Source of the DNA: Cyanophora paradoxa CCMP329
Lineage: Eukaryota; Plantae; Glaucophyta
Length of the DNA: 64,000 nt
Assembly: GCA_004431415.1 (NCBI GenBank)
Contig: QPMI01000044.1
Location: 434,001 to 498,000, forward strand
Direction of reading: 5' to 3'
A program made the translations under genes and the position numbers. The notes below the pieces were generated by a model, which was given only the letters and a program-made list of their open reading frames with translations, did no database searches and was not told the DNA's origin. Below, one piece after another: positions 60,301-64,000 of this stretch; position 1 is the first letter of the stretch; each line of letters starts with the position of its first letter.

Positions 60301-63300
60301 GGCGACCTCGTTCTGCACGCACGGAAGGCACTCCCCAGCGCGCCCGTATTCCGCGGTTCCGCCACGGCATGGAAGGCAGGCCTGCAGAAATACCCGCGGT
60401 GGGCGATAAGTTAGATTATGGCAACACTAATTCTGAAAATGGGGGAAGAACCTTTCTATCAGGCGGTGAGACGTAGCCAGGACCGCACTTTTCGCAGCCC
60501 TTCCCATCCGGGGATGCGTAATCTATTAGGAAACCGTTATTCAAGAGAATATGACTTCCGTGCGCATATAAGTCGCTGACCTTCATCGCACGGCAAACAG
60601 ACGGCCTCGTTCGGCGGAGCGCCGAAACCCGGGCGGCACCACGTGCATCCGTCCTGCTTGTCCGTCGTGACTTGTCCCTGCCCACGGGTGAGCGTTTTGA
60701 TTTCTATGCAAGCAAAGAAATATGCGACTACCGGTGGGCACGTATTGCAGGGACCAAATCGCCCCTCCTCGGCCCAAGTGCCGGGGGGGCACGCCTCGCA
60801 CGGCCAGAGCTCCGAGGGCTGATGCGTCCCCGCCGCGCTGCGGGTGTGCAGTCGACGTCGTGAGTACATTTGAAGACCGAAAACCTATATATGAATTCGC
60901 GGGACGACTCACCATGGCGCGCAGTTTGACAAGTCTGGCGTGGGGTACGACCCCTTCGAGCCTGGGATGCACTAAGCCGCCGATAGCAATCAAATGCGCA
61001 CATTAGAGAGAAGACGCACAGCTCGAGCACGAATCAAGCGCGCCGTAACCGCTGTACTTGTTCGAAGGACATGAAACGCATGCGAGAGGCGCTCTCTGAA
61101 GATATGTGCCGGGGAAGCTGAAGGGGGAATGTCAACCGCACTTGCAGAAGCGCCGAAATACGGAATGTAAATAATCACAAACCACGGCACACACTGGAAC
61201 GTCCATTTAGCCTAATAAAGGATAGCGGATCAGTACGACAAAGCCATTGTCGGATTTCATTCTGTAATCTAGCGTTATTCTCAACGCACAGAGGGGGTAA
61301 AAAGATTCTCAGCGCAAGGTGTGCACGGGTCGCCCGCCTTCATGGCAAAAGTGTGCTGTGGGCAGTCTGCCGAGAGCGATTGAGCGTGACAATCAGGACG
61401 CAAGCTCAGTGCACAGCTGGGCACTGCGCACCGTAACAAGCCGAAGCACCGAGGTCCGAAGACGTTCCAGCGCTGCACTTGGTGCATTCCGTGGCCCCCG
61501 CCCCGCTGAATGTCCCATTCGGGCAGCTGCCGCGGAAATCAAAGCGGAGTCAGAGCGCGGCCGACGAGCCAGTCACAGTCAGGGTGCAGGGGCCCGGCGG
61601 CCGGCGCACAGTTCGGCGTCTTCATCAAGTAGGAGGCCTTCGCGCGGCGAGTAGCGGCCTGGAGCGAACGCAACCTGAGTCAGCCAGCACGCAAGGCAAC
61701 GCAAGGGCCATTTTAGTCAAACTAAAGCACCGGCCGACACGTCGATGCAAAGATCTGCAATGGCAACGGAACGGTTGAAGAGGGCAGCCTGGAGAGGATT
61801 AGGCGAGCTGAGCCAGCCCTTCGCCGCGGCAAATCCCTCACCTCCCAGTTCCACCTGGTTCCTGGTTTGCATCGCGAGTGCAGTTTGACCACGTATGCCG
61901 GCTCGGAAACGACGAAAACCACCTGACCACCGACTCAGTCTTTAATAATTTGCGAAAATGTTGTATGAACACTGATCATAGGCCGAACCCAAGGGAGTTC
62001 GGAAAAAGGGACGCTTGGGTCGTTCTCAAACATCCGGCCGCTGGAGTAGTCGTCGACGACTGTTGCGTACAATACGTTTGCCTGAATGACACGTCAGTCG
62101 CAATCGATTGGGGCGGGCCATGGAGAAGCCGCAAACCGGGAAGTTTGACACGATCGTGGTCACTTTCACGGTCGCATTGCTGAACGGCCCACTAGCATCG
62201 ATATCTACGTTCTCAAGGCGGATGAGCCGCGAGCCCGGGGCTCTCTCAGCAGCCCTCTTCATTCGGCGGCTGTGCACGTATTGCGGCCGCGTCTCTCGGT
62301 CCGACGCGAACGTAAAGACACGCGTGTTTGCCTGCGTGTGAACCTCCTGCACGACGCTGCAGCGAGAAGTTCCTTGAATCGTACGAATCACGAAACAGGC
62401 TGCGGGCGGAACGCGCACTACAAATTTCCGTCCTTGTATACAGCGGCCGCCACCTGAGACGTTGCGTGTTTCAGCTTGCGGCATGCGAAGCTCAACGATC
62501 GGGTGACAAGCATACCGAGGTCCACTCCTGCCTCGTGCCGCGCCAGTCCACGGTCTTGTAAATCTGAATGCTGCCGTCGATGTTTGCTGCCGGGGCGGCC
62601 ATCCCGCTCTGGAAGGCGTTTGCCTTGCGGACGCGAGTGACGCGATCGCCGGTGACCCAGAAGCTGTACTTCGAGTTGGGCGGGTCGACCCAGCGGCCCT
62701 CGAGATACCCGTGGCCGTATCCAGCGTGGAGCGGGCGCTCGTTTTGAACCTGCTCGCCCGGTCAAAGCATGATCCTCCCCTCGCAAATTCTTAAGCAAAT
62801 GAGCACAATCCAGTGGTCTGCGAGCGCAAGCTGCTCGGAGCGGAGGACCCGCGGTGCCGTGTGCGTGAAGGCGGCGGTGCGGTACGTGGGAGGTGCAGGG
62901 AAGGAGGGGTTGAAGCTCCGCACGCCGACGGGCGCATCGGAAAAGCGCGACGGGTCGACTTCCCACGTGAACATGGCAATCACGTGTGCGACAGTGCGCG
63001 CTCTGCAGATGCCCGAGACAAGCAAAACGGGGCATGCCCCAGCGACCGATGCGGTGGGGAAGAACGGAATCCTGAGGCGAGTTGAATACCGAAAGAGGGC
63101 AAGGTGGACGCGCATATCGTCGAGGCTCACCGAACGATGGCGTGGTACAGGATCGGTCCTCCGTCAGCAATGCGTCCGTCGGTGTGCATAGTCTGCACCG
63201 AAGCCCCCACAGGGAACGAGTCGGCAAAGAAGGCGCCGTTCTCTTGCGGCCATCTGAGGCAGGCGGTCAATCGGATGGCGACTTATCATGAGTGAGAGCG

Positions 63301-64000
63301 AGCGGCTACTAAAGACGCACGGGACGCTCTTGTAGACCGACTCGGCGGAGGTGGTGAAGCCGGCGGGCGCGAGCGACGCCAGGTCGAACTTGAGCAGAGC
63401 AATGCCCAGCGGCAGAGAGCAGACTTTGAGGAGCGGCATGACGGAGGGCCCGCCGCTGTTCCGGAGCGCGGCAAAGGAAGAGAAGAAAGCAACCCCGCGC
63501 TGCCAGAACTGGAAGAACTGGAGAAAATGTCAGCATGCGCACAGAACAAGAAGGTTAATTATGAAACATCAAAACAATCAGGCCCACCCGCAACTCCTGC
63601 AAGAGGAGCGCGTTGAACGACGTCATGTCGGGATACGCCCGCCTGACGTCGCTTGCAGTCTCGTTGCCCTCGAACGTACGGTCGGACGGTTCGGCATCGT
63701 AGAAGTCCAGGCAGTTCGTGGCGCCTGCTCTCAGTCATTATTAGTGTTCAAATGCACAGGAAATGTAAAACCCGGATTCGAAGGGAGCGCACCGTAGAAG
63801 AAGTGGCTTCCGAAGGCCACTGAAGACGACGTCTCGGCGCCTGGAGTGGCCCACGCGAAGCCAAAGAGCTCTGGCTGGAGGCGGAAGTGGCGAGAGCGGT
63901 GCTCGGTGATATTCGCATTGCTTCCCGTCGGCTGAGAATTAAACAAATGAGATTTCTCCGAACATGAACGCTTCGAAATCCATTACGCCTTACCGAAATG
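54317..64000 (-). CDS. Giant Cys-rich surface/membrane protein (ephrin-receptor-like / GCC2_GCC3 CxxCxxG repeats) with ~3 TM segments and a low-complexity tail; 5' end beyond the window
   Basis: Many CxxCPxG repeats in 57.5-61.6 kb (e.g. CNPCQAGTFKPRNMNICLPCRIGTWAPVGSQACRPCQPGSY); RRLL motif; TM IFAVLVACTGVLLILAGVCLY; TM FGVVFTMIGIGLAAIAAGYVLLQFV; later ADMLADLSSLTQTAIA..IAVAFLTARYFVK; tail ORF 54976-54317. That this is a single gene is inferred. Confidence 0.72.

Overview
Eukaryotic, GC-rich, intron-dense DNA. Short GT-AG and GC-AG introns and a plastid transit peptide starting MSFV suggest an alga, most plausibly a glaucophyte such as Cyanophora (inference only). Layout: (1) 1-2.5 kb, a secreted FN3/WSC-repeat gene that runs off the window. 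(2) 4.8-8.9 kb and 38.8-44.8 kb, diverged inverted arms built from a shared non-coding cassette that lies upstream of three genes (Y', X, Y). (3) 9.0-35.6 kb, a ~3.4 kb-unit tandem macrosatellite with 6 copies, each carrying four 21-bp palindromes and a G-tract block. It is interrupted at 24417-32497 by a 5'-truncated, poly(A)-tailed non-LTR retrotransposon with domain order RT - RNase H (large insertions) - Zn finger - Ulp1/SENP-like C48 cysteine protease with an intact catalytic triad. This element is the most striking feature. (4) 45-64 kb, host genes: a micro-exon-rich metacaspase with no prodomain and a long linker, an ARM-repeat protein head-to-head (65 bp) with a plastid YceD/DUF177 protein carrying a C-terminal AT-hook, and a giant Cys-rich multi-TM surface protein. 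All gene models were spliced by eye, and most ORFs in the supplied track are spurious GC-rich or antisense frames.
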